Virus record (IMG/VR): IMGVR_UViG_3300017722_005389
Length of the DNA stretch: 64,000 nucleotides
Direction: 5' to 3' (one strand)
Source: a virus
Lineage: Duplodnaviria; Caudoviricetes
Below are positions 48,272-57,950 of the stretch, piece by piece. The translations under genes were made by a program, and so were the position numbers. The notes beneath the pieces are model-generated. The model searched no databases and had not been told where the DNA came from. It worked only from the letters and a program-made list of their open reading frames with translations. The number at the start of each line of letters is the position of its first letter. The stretch's first letter is position 1.

Positions 48272-48315
48272 TTTTATTTCTTCAGAAAATTATTTTAAAA
48301 TTTCTTTTGAAAAAA

Positions 48316-48347
48316 TTTGGAATTCTGAAGAAGGTTTACTACTTTTG
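48316..48347 (+). promoter_or_regulatory. Bacteroidota sigma70-type promoter
   Basis: TTTG - 20 nt - TACTTTTG. Confidence 0.7.
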
Positions 48348-48382
48348 TTACTACAAATTTGAATCATTAAAATTATAGCATT

Positions 48383-48577
48383 ATGGAAGAGTTAATTAAA
48401 ATCAAATCTGAAAACGGTATACAACTGACAGATCGAGAATTGGCTGTCAGATGGTGGGGGAGACGTTCTGAAGAAGAAAAGAAAGTTCTTTTAGAAACAT
48501 ATTTACCTTCTTATGAAATAAGCAGTGTAACCTATGAAACTATGTATTGGATCTGGTTGAAGCAACAAAAATTATAA
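48383..48577 (+). CDS. Hypothetical protein
   Basis: A..WW...S.EEK motif. Confidence 0.55.
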   Translation: MEELIKIKSENGIQLTDRELAVRWWGRRSEEEKKVLLETYLPSYEISSVTYETMYWIWLKQQKL

Positions 48578-48621
48578 TTTTTCAAACGAACTATATTATT
48601 TAATTTTTAAAAACAACAATT

Positions 48622-49503
48622 ATGGAAACCACAAATCTCGGTAATCAATTTGATACACTTCTTGGTGATATCAGCAAAGAAACACGTTCAGACATGATCC
48701 AGATCGACATCAGAAACATTGATGTCAACTGGGAAGAAAATGTTCGTCAGATTTATAACAACATTGAAGCATTATCAGAATCCATCAAGGAGCATGGATT
48801 GAAAGAGCCTCTGAAGTTGTCTCGCATCAAAGGGACCGACAGGTATCTTTTGGTGGATGGTCACAGAAGATACAAAGCAATCATGTTTCTTTTGGAGCAG
48901 GGGGTTCCAGTTTCCAGGGTGAAAGCTATTCTTGTGAACAATTCCCCAGAAGTTCGTCTTTCAGAGATGATCATCACAGGAGTTCAAAAGCAACCTTTGC
49001 ATCCTGTAGAACAAGCTGAAGCTTTCTTAAGACTGCAGAAATATGGATGGGATGTTAAGAAGATTGCATCTATGCTTTCTGAAGATGGCAAAAACAGGAC
49101 GAACCTTGTATACCGCTACTTGAAACTTGCCAATGCTCCTGAAGCGATCAAACAGAGATGTTTGAAGGGTGAGATTTCCCACGACACTGTTATCAAAATT
49201 ATTGAGGATACTGGAGCCGATTATGAAAAGGTTGTGGAGACAGTTGAAGATGCTGTTGCTGCCAACACCATTGTCACAGAGACTGGTGAGAAGGTCGTGA
49301 AGAAAGTTAAAACTCGTCAAGTGGAAGCTATTGTAAAACCAAAGAAAGCTGGTTTTATGGAGAAGCTCCGTTTGGCTTCTGATGAATTCTTCAACGAAGG
49401 AGAAGAAAACGACATCCTGGAGGAATTCATCAAGCTGGATAACACTGAAGCTTCTACAGAAGATATCAAAGCGTTCTTTAGAAATATTACTAGGAAATCC
49501 TAA
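48622..49503 (+). CDS. ParB/RepB/Spo0J family protein
   Basis: N.R, L.ESI..HG...PL, YLLVDGHRR..A, L.PVE.A.AF.RL, HTH region. Confidence 0.85.
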   Translation: METTNLGNQFDTLLGDISKETRSDMIQIDIRNIDVNWEENVRQIYNNIEALSESIKEHGLKEPLKLSRIKGTDRYLLVDGHRRYKAIMFLLEQGVPVSRVKAILVNNSPEVRLSEMIITGVQKQPLHPVEQAEAFLRLQKYGWDVKKIASMLSEDGKNRTNLVYRYLKLANAPEAIKQRCLKGEISHDTVIKIIEDTGADYEKVVETVEDAVAANTIVTETGEKVVKKVKTRQVEAIVKPKKAGFMEKLRLASDEFFNEGEENDILEEFIKLDNTEASTEDIKAFFRNITRKS

Positions 49504-49515
49504 TTGTTGTTACCT

Positions 49516-49540
49516 GAACCCTCTTAGGAGGGTTCTTTTT
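49516..49540 (+). terminator. Intrinsic terminator
   Basis: GAACCCT / AGGGTTC + T-run. Confidence 0.85.
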
Positions 49541-49553
49541 AAATTGTATTTCT

Positions 49554-49748
49554 ATGGAACGCAAAATAAAATACTTTGGAATACTTGTAGTATTTCTATT
49601 GATACTTCAAATGCCAATTTTTTATAAAATTTCTAAGCTCCAATTAGGCTTCTGGATCGATTTGATAAGCTATCTATCATTAGCTTGTCATATGGCGATT
49701 TTTGCTATGGTTGCTATCGAGATAATAAAAAAAGAATTGGAACTTTAA
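49554..49748 (+). CDS. Small 2-TM membrane protein
   Basis: Hydrophobic. Confidence 0.5.
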   Translation: MERKIKYFGILVVFLLILQMPIFYKISKLQLGFWIDLISYLSLACHMAIFAMVAIEIIKKELEL

Positions 49749-49820
49749 AAAATAATTTAAAACAAATCCTTTTATTTTCATTTGAAAGTATATATATTTG
49801 TGGAATAAAATTTTTATAAT

Positions 49821-50063
49821 ATGAACCCTCCAAAGAAAAATTTACCAGATTCTTTAAAAAAATATTCCGAAGATTATTCTGAAGATGATCTGGATATATT
49901 CCTTCTATCTTTTATAGATGAGGATTATGAATTCAAAACCAGTAATGCCAATGATCCTGATATCTGGGATGGATTCAGTTACCCCGAAGAAGAATACTTT
50001 CTTCCTATGGAACCTTCAAACATTCAAGATAGCACAATACAGGTCAACCAAAGACCACTTTAA
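49821..50063 (+). CDS. Acidic hypothetical protein
   Basis: D/E-rich ORF. Confidence 0.45.
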   Translation: MNPPKKNLPDSLKKYSEDYSEDDLDIFLLSFIDEDYEFKTSNANDPDIWDGFSYPEEEYFLPMEPSNIQDSTIQVNQRPL

Positions 50064-50089
50064 ACCACATTTATTTTTAATACTTTCAA

Positions 50090-50248
50090 ATGAAAATTGC
50101 AATTTTTATTTTAGCACTCGGTATTTTCTTGGGAAGCTGCACAACTTGCAAAGAAAAATGCTGTACCGAAAAGGAAAAGCAGGACTCTACCAAAGTTGCT
50201 GTAGATACAGTTGTCGTTGACACTGTTTCCAAAGACTCAGCTAAGTAA
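50090..50248 (+). CDS. Small lipoprotein, 52 aa (not in track)
   Basis: MKIAIFILALGIFLGS-C lipobox; DSTKVAVDTVVVDTV; terminator follows. Confidence 0.7.
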   Translation: MKIAIFILALGIFLGSCTTCKEKCCTEKEKQDSTKVAVDTVVVDTVSKDSAK

Positions 50249-50269
50249 TTTTAAGTTAAGCTTAACTCT

Positions 50270-50301
50270 GGCTTCTGAAGAAATTTCAGAAGCCTTTTTT
50301 T
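50270..50301 (+). terminator. Intrinsic terminator
   Basis: GGCTTCTGAA / TTCAGAAGCC + T-run. Confidence 0.85.
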
Positions 50302-50646
50302 ATTCTAAATTAATTTCCAACTTAATTAATTTTATTTGGCTTTCTTAAGAAACCACAAAACTTTCTTTGGGGTATTTCCCCTACAGTATATATTAAAAGT
50401 GTATGTGTTCTATATTATTCAATATAATATTCTTCTTTAGTTAATACTTTTGAGATTCTTTATATCTATATTATGAAACTCAAAAGTATTGATCTAAACA
50501 GTCTAAAACGAAGTAGTGATGGGGCTTTCAGCCTATTCTATGCTTTTTATATTAATTTTTAGCATTTTTTACAAAAAAAACAGGTGGACAACTTATGTTA
50601 TTCACCTGTTTGCGGTCGAGCCATTTATTTTAGATTTAAGACACTT

Positions 50647-51285
50647 TTATTTCTTAGGCTTGGTCTTAGTCCCACTTGGCTTAGTTTTTTCCTCCTGTCC
50701 AGCTTCAGGTTCATTCTGAAGGGATGTAGATTTGTCCAAGTAATTAAAAATTTGTTTTCTTTTGGATTTGATAAAGCTTGTGAGGATGGAATCAGATTTT
50801 CCATTGATGGCTGAGAAGTTCTCAAGGATTGATATGATGTATTCGGTCATAATATAGATGACCAGGATATTGTGTAGGGTATAGAAGAAGTACTCAGTAA
50901 TTTCCGAAAGAACATCTGGGTTGTCAACATAAGAAAGATAGAAGCTGTTGGTAACGAGTAATAGTCCAAGCCAAACAAAAATTTTAAGTCCGAATCTACT
51001 AAACTTTCTGCTGACGATTGGAATTCCTTTTACTACACTGGCACAAAGTCCTGTTATTAGTTCTAGGATTGCTGCAAAAATAAATCCAACGATAGCCATT
51101 GAAGATAGTCCAAGCCAAATTTCCAACGTAGCAAAGATGGAAAAGCTAAGGATCGAGAATGGGAGTGTGAATAGAAGTAACTTTGGGTGGACAAGAGAGT
51201 TAAAGAAGTCCGAAAGGTTTGCAAAGCCAAATTGGTGGACAAACAGATCGAGCTGGGATTCAATAATGGAGATGAGTGGTTTCAT
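50647..51285 (-). CDS. Phage holin (holin family 4-like)
   Basis: Several TM helices, ELITG, S.KF.R...K, E.ISILEN; start re-called after motif at 51292. Confidence 0.65.
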   Translation of the reverse strand: MKPLISIIESQLDLFVHQFGFANLSDFFNSLVHPKLLLFTLPFSILSFSIFATLEIWLGLSSMAIVGFIFAAILELITGLCASVVKGIPIVSRKFSRFGLKIFVWLGLLLVTNSFYLSYVDNPDVLSEITEYFFYTLHNILVIYIMTEYIISILENFSAINGKSDSILTSFIKSKRKQIFNYLDKSTSLQNEPEAGQEEKTKPSGTKTKPKK

Positions 51286-51404
51286 ATTTTTTATAAATAA
51301 ATATTCAATAAATATGATAGCAGTCAAGAATTTATGGGCTGTCCAAAAGAAAAAAAGGGTAATATCCTGAAGACATTACCCTTGGTTAGTTTAAGGTGGA
51401 CAAC

Positions 51405-51875
51405 TTAGAATAGATCTGCGTTTGAATATAAAAGTTCCGAGTCTTCTTTAGAAGGTTCAACAATTACAAAAGTGTCCAAGATTTTTTCAGAGATTTTTTT
51501 GATGAATGCTTCGACTGTTGTGAAGTAGATCTTTGATCCATTATGATTAGAGCATTCAATATGGATTCCATTATCTTTGTACAGTATTACGAATGAGCTT
51601 ATCTCCCTGTCCAAGTAAAGAGGTTCTCCTCCATTAGTCCCTTGAACTTTGTGGAACAAGTTATTTTTTAAATCTTCTGGCGTGTCCAGAAATACATTCA
51701 AGGGGGTACCTTTAGGATTTCTGTAGCCTTGTTGATGTACATAGTATAAGAAATCAATAACTTCACAATACGATTGATAGATCACTTCCTTCTTATAATT
51801 TTCCAAAGAAAGTTTATAATTTCTTTCGATGGTTTTTTGTTCCTTAAGAGTGTCAAAATAATTTTGATAATTCAT
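51405..51875 (-). CDS. Hypothetical protein
   Basis: Packed ORF. Confidence 0.6.
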   Translation of the reverse strand: MNYQNYFDTLKEQKTIERNYKLSLENYKKEVIYQSYCEVIDFLYYVHQQGYRNPKGTPLNVFLDTPEDLKNNLFHKVQGTNGGEPLYLDREISSFVILYKDNGIHIECSNHNGSKIYFTTVEAFIKKISEKILDTFVIVEPSKEDSELLYSNADLF

Positions 51876-51893
51876 GTTGATTAAGTTTTAAGA

Positions 51894-52136
51894 TTAATGT
51901 TTACATCCTGCAGCGGACATAATCATAAATAATGTTACAAAAAGTATTAATTGGAACCATCTGACTCTTCTTGCGAATATAGTTTCAAGTCCATAGCAGA
52001 TTGAAAATCCGAAGCAGAATAAGGCTACTATTTCTCTAAATATAGGTTGGTCGCTGACTGCATCATAAATATCGAAAGCCCATACAAAGCTGATTGCCCA
52101 CCAAAAGATTGCTGTTATAACTTTGAAAACGAACAT
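51894..52136 (-). CDS. Small membrane protein (3 TM)
   Basis: Hydrophobic; first gene behind a hairpin-promoter repeat. Confidence 0.55.
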   Translation of the reverse strand: MFVFKVITAIFWWAISFVWAFDIYDAVSDQPIFREIVALFCFGFSICYGLETIFARRVRWFQLILFVTLFMIMSAAGCKH

Positions 52137-52228
52137 AGCTTTAAATTTTAATAGTGAAATGATAGTAAAAATACAAAAGAAATTTCAAACTTCCAAAGAA
52201 ATTCAAAATTTCTTTTGGAAGTCCAATG

Positions 52229-52489
52229 TTAAAGATGAACAAAATTCTTGCAGTAGACGAAAAAAACCAAGTTTTTTATGCAGACTGAATCTGCTCTGTT
52301 GAGAGCTTGTTCAAGGTTATTATCGATAACTGCTTGAACAAAGCTTCCACCTAACAGAACTTTATCTCTTGTCATCATAATGGTTGCAGCAATATGGCAA
52401 ACATGGTATTCATCTTCTCCAATTGGCGCAGGTATGCCATTATAAAATTGTCCGAAAGCTTTTTCAGCTAATATATAATATTTTTCCAT
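52229..52489 (-). CDS. Hypothetical protein
   Basis: Start re-called to MEKYY; GGSFVQAV..N.L..A..RAD. Confidence 0.6.
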   Translation of the reverse strand: MEKYYILAEKAFGQFYNGIPAPIGEDEYHVCHIAATIMMTRDKVLLGGSFVQAVIDNNLEQALNRADSVCIKNLVFFVYCKNFVHL

Positions 52490-52524
52490 AATAAAGTTAT
52501 TTTTGTACAATAAATCGATCAACT

Positions 52525-52716
52525 TTAGAAATTAGTTTTGAATTTATCATTCAACTGGTCGAAAAGGTCGTTGATTTTATCAACTTCTTTTTGGTAGTAA
52601 TCTTTCAACTCTTGGTGTTCAGCTTTGTCCATCTCATAGATATAAGTGTTCCTTAGAGTCAAAGTATTTGCCGTTAGGAGAACGAATTGTTCTTCTGTTA
52701 ATTTGAAATTTTTCAT
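52525..52716 (-). CDS. Hypothetical protein
   Basis: Cassette ORF. Confidence 0.55.
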   Translation of the reverse strand: MKNFKLTEEQFVLLTANTLTLRNTYIYEMDKAEHQELKDYYQKEVDKINDLFDQLNDKFKTNF

Positions 52717-52740
52717 AGTCTTTAAAGTTTTAATAGTAAT

Positions 52741-53244
52741 TTAAATATTGTTCTTAGATTCCAACCATTTTGAATATTCAAAATCTATGATGTCTTGCTT
52801 AACCTCATACACATTGTCATTGTAACGGTACAAATCATCTTCTTCTGACCAATAAATCAAGTCCAAAAATTCTTGTTCCACATAAGTTACGTTATATGTC
52901 CCATCGGCATAAACCTTTGCTGTTCCGTATACCTCACAGCTATCTTCATCAAACTCGGTTTCGGCATCCAAACCATATTCTCTACAGAGTATAGCCAAAT
53001 CTTCAAGATTAGGTGTCCACTTAGTCATATACCTTATTGAAAATTCTGTCCCATCAGCTATTTCATTTGGTTCATCTTTAACGATAAAACAGAAGTAACC
53101 ATTTTTTATATTCTCGCTGTGTATGGCTTGACCTTCATTGTATCTTTCTTCTGTGTAAGCAGCTTTGTTAATAGCATTGGTCAAAGCTTCGATTTTGTCC
53201 GAACTTCCTTTGAAAGAAGTAAAGTTGTTGCACCAATTCGGCAT
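52741..53244 (-). CDS. MPNWC-family (DUF1281/YubB ferredoxin-like) protein
   Basis: MPNWCNN, F..Y.TKW.P, F.E...E..G. Confidence 0.7.
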   Translation of the reverse strand: MPNWCNNFTSFKGSSDKIEALTNAINKAAYTEERYNEGQAIHSENIKNGYFCFIVKDEPNEIADGTEFSIRYMTKWTPNLEDLAILCREYGLDAETEFDEDSCEVYGTAKVYADGTYNVTYVEQEFLDLIYWSEEDDLYRYNDNVYEVKQDIIDFEYSKWLESKNNI

Positions 53245-53388
53245 AAGTTTAAAGTTTTAATAGTGATTTAAAAATAAGAGCGTAAGCGATTAAAATTGTC
53301 CAACAAAAATACAAAAGAAATCTTGAACTTCCAAATGAAATCCAAGATTTCTTTTGTGTAAACCCAAAATTTTTATTTTGAAATAATT

Positions 53389-53937
53389 TTATTTGTTTCT
53401 TTCGATTTCGGCATCGTACAGAACTTGCCATCTCAAAGGAATGTTTTTAATACAGACAAATTCCTCATCCTCCTCAAGTTGCATCTTATTATTCATTAAC
53501 TCAATCAGCGAGGTGTAATGATAGACAATGTCCAAACTCTCCTTCGGACAATTATTCTTTGTGTCCCAAGCGACAAAATCTTCTCTGAGGATGTTTGGCA
53601 GTTCTATTGGGGGAAACATATTATGCCAATTCTCTTTTACACAATAATCGCTGTCCATATCAAGCAAATGTTCAATGTCATTAGTTGCATAATGCATTCT
53701 ATTATATTCATCCATGTTCAAGTGAATCGAAATTCCCGAAAGTGTTTCGGCAGAACTATTGTGAATGATAGCGTGTAATTCACTCAACACTTTCTTTGCA
53801 CAATCCATTCGGTTTTGGATTTCAAGCAATTTGATTTCAAGAAGCACCATCTGTGCTAATACTTCTTTAGAGTGTACATCTTTGTTTGCATTTGGATTGG
53901 CAATCAACTCTCTGAGTTCTTTAAATTCTTTTAGCAT
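53389..53937 (-). CDS. Hypothetical protein
   Basis: Cassette ORF. Confidence 0.65.
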   Translation of the reverse strand: MLKEFKELRELIANPNANKDVHSKEVLAQMVLLEIKLLEIQNRMDCAKKVLSELHAIIHNSSAETLSGISIHLNMDEYNRMHYATNDIEHLLDMDSDYCVKENWHNMFPPIELPNILREDFVAWDTKNNCPKESLDIVYHYTSLIELMNNKMQLEEDEEFVCIKNIPLRWQVLYDAEIERNK

Positions 53938-54043
53938 AATCTTTAAGTTTTAATAGTGAATAAGTGATTTAAAATTGTCCAACAAAAATACAAAAGAAAG
54001 TTGACATTTCCAAGAGAAGCATCAACTTTCTTTTGAAATAATA

Positions 54044-54283
54044 TTATTTTTTTTCTGTTCCGTATTCTTCAATATAATACGCCACATCATTCCAAGTTAT
54101 GCCATAACTTGCATCATGATGCTTAATCATATCCTCCAAAGCCTCTTGCGCTGCTTCTTTGTCTATGGTGTATGCCGAATCGTTATATTCTATAAAATCC
54201 TGCACAGACCACTTGATGGATTCTTTTTTGTACTGCTGAAATTCAGCCAGTAATTGCTCATACATTTCTTTGTAATTTTCCAT
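54044..54283 (-). CDS. Hypothetical protein
   Basis: W...D....A...L..M...HDA..GITW motif. Confidence 0.65.
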   Translation of the reverse strand: MENYKEMYEQLLAEFQQYKKESIKWSVQDFIEYNDSAYTIDKEAAQEALEDMIKHHDASYGITWNDVAYYIEEYGTEKK

Positions 54284-54295
54284 AGCTGTTATAGT

Positions 54296-54502
54296 TTAAT
54301 AAATGTTTAATAATTCTTTTTCTACTGCATTGTAAAAGTTGATTTGGTTTACATTGTGCTTGTCTCCGTTAAACTTTTTTAGGTCTATCAAATACTTTCT
54401 TATCTGTCTTAAAAATTTCTCATTAGATTTGAAAGCATGCTTCTCTACCTCTATGAATTCTAAGACTCTTTTTTTAGTCGCATAATAAGTTACCTTTCTC
54501 AT
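54296..54502 (-). CDS. Hypothetical protein
   Basis: Cassette ORF. Confidence 0.55.
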   Translation of the reverse strand: MRKVTYYATKKRVLEFIEVEKHAFKSNEKFLRQIRKYLIDLKKFNGDKHNVNQINFYNAVEKELLNIY

Positions 54503-54523
54503 AGCTGTTATAATTTAAAGTGA

Positions 54524-54736
54524 TTAAAACCAATCCAACTCAAGTAGTGAGATTTTACCCTCTAATATGCCTTGCATTGTCTCTTTGCTAACAATCGCAT
54601 TTACCCAACCACCGCAGGTTTCTGTGATGTCAAATTTGTCCTCAGACATTCTGTAAACATCACGAGTAATCAACCCGAATTTCCAATCAATAGAATGTCC
54701 AATTGGCAAGTTCATAATTTTTTCCATAGCTGTCAT
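54524..54736 (-). CDS. Hypothetical protein
   Basis: Cassette ORF. Confidence 0.55.
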   Translation of the reverse strand: MTAMEKIMNLPIGHSIDWKFGLITRDVYRMSEDKFDITETCGGWVNAIVSKETMQGILEGKISLLELDWF

Positions 54737-54805
54737 AATAGTATAAATTTTAATTGTGAATTAATTGTAGTACAAAAATAGAAAATACTTTTCACATTTC
54801 ATAAT

Positions 54806-55111
54806 TTATTTTGAAATTTCTTTTGTAATAATTACTTTTTCAATAAATTTCCCATGTACGAAAATATCCCCCAATCCAACTTCATCTGTTGACAATACGG
54901 TTGCCAAGCAATATTCTAAGATTTCTTGTCTGTGTTCTCTTGCAATATCATCCTGCTCACCTTTCAAGCGATAAACAAACTCTCTTGGTTCATCTGCATC
55001 ATTTTCAAATGCGTGAATCAGTTTTGTGTTGACATCATAAAAGATATCAAAGGTGTTGTCATTGGTAGTGTTGTCAGCCAATTCAATTTGCTCTAAAAAT
55101 AATTCTAACAT
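54806..55111 (-). CDS. Hypothetical protein
   Basis: Cassette ORF. Confidence 0.6.
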   Translation of the reverse strand: MLELFLEQIELADNTTNDNTFDIFYDVNTKLIHAFENDADEPREFVYRLKGEQDDIAREHRQEILEYCLATVLSTDEVGLGDIFVHGKFIEKVIITKEISK

Positions 55112-55207
55112 AGCTGTAAGTGTTTAAATAGTGAATTAAAGATAGTGTAAAATTACAAAAGAAATCTCGAACTTCCAAATGAAATCCGAAATTTCTTTTG
55201 AAATAAA

Positions 55208-55660
55208 TTAAAATACTTTTGAGTAATCTTCTTTGTTAAAGAGTTTTATAATATCTCTCAATACATCTGTATAATTCTCAAGAGGAATGTTTATACTAAA
55301 TTCAACGTAACCATGCCCAGTACCATCCCCTAAAAAGTTTTTATCTGCTTTTGAGGTTTCTTTATACTTTTCATATAACTCTCCTAAGCTAATAAATTGA
55401 GTGCTTTCTCTATAACCTAATACTTTCATTTTAAACTTAACAGAATCCTTTGTAGCGTAAAATGAAGGCACTTCATATCTTTGACCTATTTTGCCTAAAT
55501 GAATAGTGCAATAGGAATTGTAGTCGTGTACTTCAACATTTATTCTAAATACATTTGAGAGGTCATTTGCTAATGTTTTTGCAAATGCTTTGTTTCTTTT
55601 AACGTTATCAATTTCGGTTCTTTCAGAATCCAACATTGCTTGAAGAAATAAGTTTTCCAT
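55208..55660 (-). CDS. Hypothetical protein, tandem paralogue A
   Basis: MENLFLQAM..SERTEIDN. Confidence 0.7.
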   Translation of the reverse strand: MENLFLQAMLDSERTEIDNVKRNKAFAKTLANDLSNVFRINVEVHDYNSYCTIHLGKIGQRYEVPSFYATKDSVKFKMKVLGYRESTQFISLGELYEKYKETSKADKNFLGDGTGHGYVEFSINIPLENYTDVLRDIIKLFNKEDYSKVF

Positions 55661-55780
55661 AATAGTATAAATTTTAATAGTGAATTAAAGATAGTGTAAA
55701 ATTACAAAAGAAATCTTGAACTTCCAAATAAAATTCAAGATTTCTTTTGTGTAAACCCAAAATTTTTATTTTGAAATAAT

Positions 55781-56239
55781 TTAAAATACTTTGGCGTATC
55801 TATTTAATTTAAACAATGATAGAATATCCTTTAGAACATCATCATAATTCTGAAGGGGAATTTGTATTCTAAACGTAACGTTACCATGCCCACTTTTCTC
55901 ATTTAAGAAATTATTATCTGCTGTAGCTGAATCTTTATATTTCTCATATAAATCTCCTAACAGCCTTCCAAAAAGTTGCGACTCACCTCTATACCCCAAT
56001 ACATTCATATTGAATATGACACCATCTTTTTTAGCAATAAAGTATGGGCAATTAAATCTTTGACTCATTGTTCCAACATAAATTTGTGAAGAATCAATAG
56101 AATCACTGATTTGCAAATTTATTTGAAATACTTTCGAAAGGTCATTTGCTAATTTTCTTGCGAAATCTTTGTTTGCTTTAATGTTATCAATTTCAGTTCT
56201 TTCAGAAATTGGCATTGCTTGAAGAAATAAGTTTTCCAT
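55781..56239 (-). CDS. Hypothetical protein, tandem paralogue B
   Basis: MENLFLQAM..SERTEIDN. Confidence 0.7.
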   Translation of the reverse strand: MENLFLQAMPISERTEIDNIKANKDFARKLANDLSKVFQINLQISDSIDSSQIYVGTMSQRFNCPYFIAKKDGVIFNMNVLGYRGESQLFGRLLGDLYEKYKDSATADNNFLNEKSGHGNVTFRIQIPLQNYDDVLKDILSLFKLNRYAKVF

Positions 56240-56366
56240 AATAGTATAAATTTTAATAGTGAAATAAATAGAATGTAAAATTACAAAAGAAACTCCAAAC
56301 TTCCAAATAAAATTCAGAGTTTCTTTTGTGTAAACCCAAAATTTTTATTTTGAAATAATTTAAAAG

Positions 56367-56579
56367 TTACATTTCACGAACCCATTCATCAGCATCATCA
56401 TTTGAGATTCCGAATTTTCTACAGAGAATATCCACAATTATATCTTGTGTAATAAACTCTTCTTCGTCATCAGTATCCATACAATTTCTTACAATGCCTT
56501 CTTCTACAAGAGAGTCAACAATTTCAATAGCCAAATCTCTAACGTAATCCAAATCTTTCGGGAAGTTAATCGTTTCCAT
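56367..56579 (-). CDS. Acidic hypothetical protein
   Basis: Start re-called to METINF. Confidence 0.6.
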   Translation of the reverse strand: METINFPKDLDYVRDLAIEIVDSLVEEGIVRNCMDTDDEEEFITQDIIVDILCRKFGISNDDADEWVREM

Positions 56580-56676
56580 AATCTTAATGTTTAAATAGTG
56601 AAATAATTTAATTGTAGTACAAAAATAGAAAATACTTTTCACATTTCATAATTTCTTTTGAAATAATTTTATTACA

Positions 56677-56910
56677 TTAACGAATTCCTTTATTCCATCG
56701 ACCTCGGAATAATCTGCCATTTTCTTTATCATTATTATTATAAGCATAAAACAAATCACCATAATGTGATGTAGATAATAAATCTACATTATCATAAACG
56801 GATAAATCCACCTCTTTTTCAGGGTAATACCAATCGGTATTATTTTTTAACCAACCCCAACATTCGATAGTTATTTTACCATTTTCCATAAAATCAGAAA
56901 AACTTTGCAT
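56677..56910 (-). CDS. Hypothetical protein
   Basis: Cassette ORF. Confidence 0.55.
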   Translation of the reverse strand: MQSFSDFMENGKITIECWGWLKNNTDWYYPEKEVDLSVYDNVDLLSTSHYGDLFYAYNNNDKENGRLFRGRWNKGIR

Positions 56911-57011
56911 AAAATAAATTTTAATAAGTGAATTAAATATTTGACCCTACAAAGATATGCAAAGCAATTCACATTTCCAAATGAAATCCAAGATTTCTTT
57001 TGAAATAATTT

Positions 57012-57851
57012 TCAATAAATTTCATCTAAGTCGATTCCGTGAGTTTCATACCACCATTCTTTTGACTTATTAGAATGTTTATCCTTTAATCTGTTATATC
57101 GTTCCAAAATTTTGTTTTGGCGTTCAATTTCATTATTAAAAAACTCATGTTCTAATACTTCTCTACACTTGTATATTTCACGAAGTATTTTACGTAAAAC
57201 ATAACCTTGTTTTAGATTAGAGGGTATATAACCACTTTCTATAATTTTTAGAGCCGTATCTTTGAGTGTTTCAACTTTATCTATTTTTTTACCATTGACA
57301 AACATTTCAAGTCTTTCAAGCCCAAATCCAACATCAATACAATTATCAAGTGGGTTGACAATATTACCAATTTCAATACCATCAACAAAAAATTCTGTAC
57401 AATAACCTCCTATTTCACCATCGCTCCAATGACAGTTTTCATCGTCTACTATTACATCCTCAATGCCCAGTTGATTATAATATCCAAGCCACTCTTTTCT
57501 GTCACTATGAATTGTAACATAATCGGGTGTAATACCTATTTTTTTTAAGAATGTAACCCAAAAGATAATAGTATCTTCAATAGACATCTCTCTGAATGAG
57601 AATAACCCAATCATATTAAAATAGAGCAAATGGGATAAATCGCCTATTTCTTCAAAGTCATTCATTCGAATACAAGCTTGAACATTTGAAACAGTATTTT
57701 TATATTCGCTATCTTTGAATTGACATTTGAATTTTTGCATTCCTGCAGGGCAAAACAAAGTTGTATTGTCATAAGGATTTACTTTGTTTTCAATGCTAAA
57801 GAAGATATTTTTTTCTTCGCAAAATTTTTGGTATTCTTCAATAATATTCAT
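57012..57851 (-). CDS. Stand-alone alanyl-tRNA synthetase aminoacylation domain (minimal AlaRS)
   Basis: TLFCPAGMQ.FK, VQ.CIR.ND...IGD..H..YFNM.G.FSF, NCHWS.G..GG.C.E, EIGN.V, ID.GFGLERL, SN..QGYVLR...R. Confidence 0.85.
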   Translation of the reverse strand: MNIIEEYQKFCEEKNIFFSIENKVNPYDNTTLFCPAGMQKFKCQFKDSEYKNTVSNVQACIRMNDFEEIGDLSHLLYFNMIGLFSFREMSIEDTIIFWVTFLKKIGITPDYVTIHSDRKEWLGYYNQLGIEDVIVDDENCHWSDGEIGGYCTEFFVDGIEIGNIVNPLDNCIDVGFGLERLEMFVNGKKIDKVETLKDTALKIIESGYIPSNLKQGYVLRKILREIYKCREVLEHEFFNNEIERQNKILERYNRLKDKHSNKSKEWWYETHGIDLDEIY

Positions 57852-57950
57852 AAAATAAAATTTAATAAGTGAATTAAATATTTGACCCTACAAAGATATG
57901 CAAAGCAATTCACATTTCCAAAAGAAATGCAAAATTATTTCAAAAGAATT

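Noticed and set aside
49918-51370. Track ORFs 49918, 50516, 50584, 50625, 50948, 51063
   Set aside because: Shadows or overlaps of the lipoprotein and holin genes.
53249-53431. ORF MASSVRCRNRKK... and similar N-terminal extensions (62888, 63510, 56367, 60589, 61055)
   Set aside because: They translate the repeated promoter element itself; true starts lie after the CACTATTAAAA UTR.
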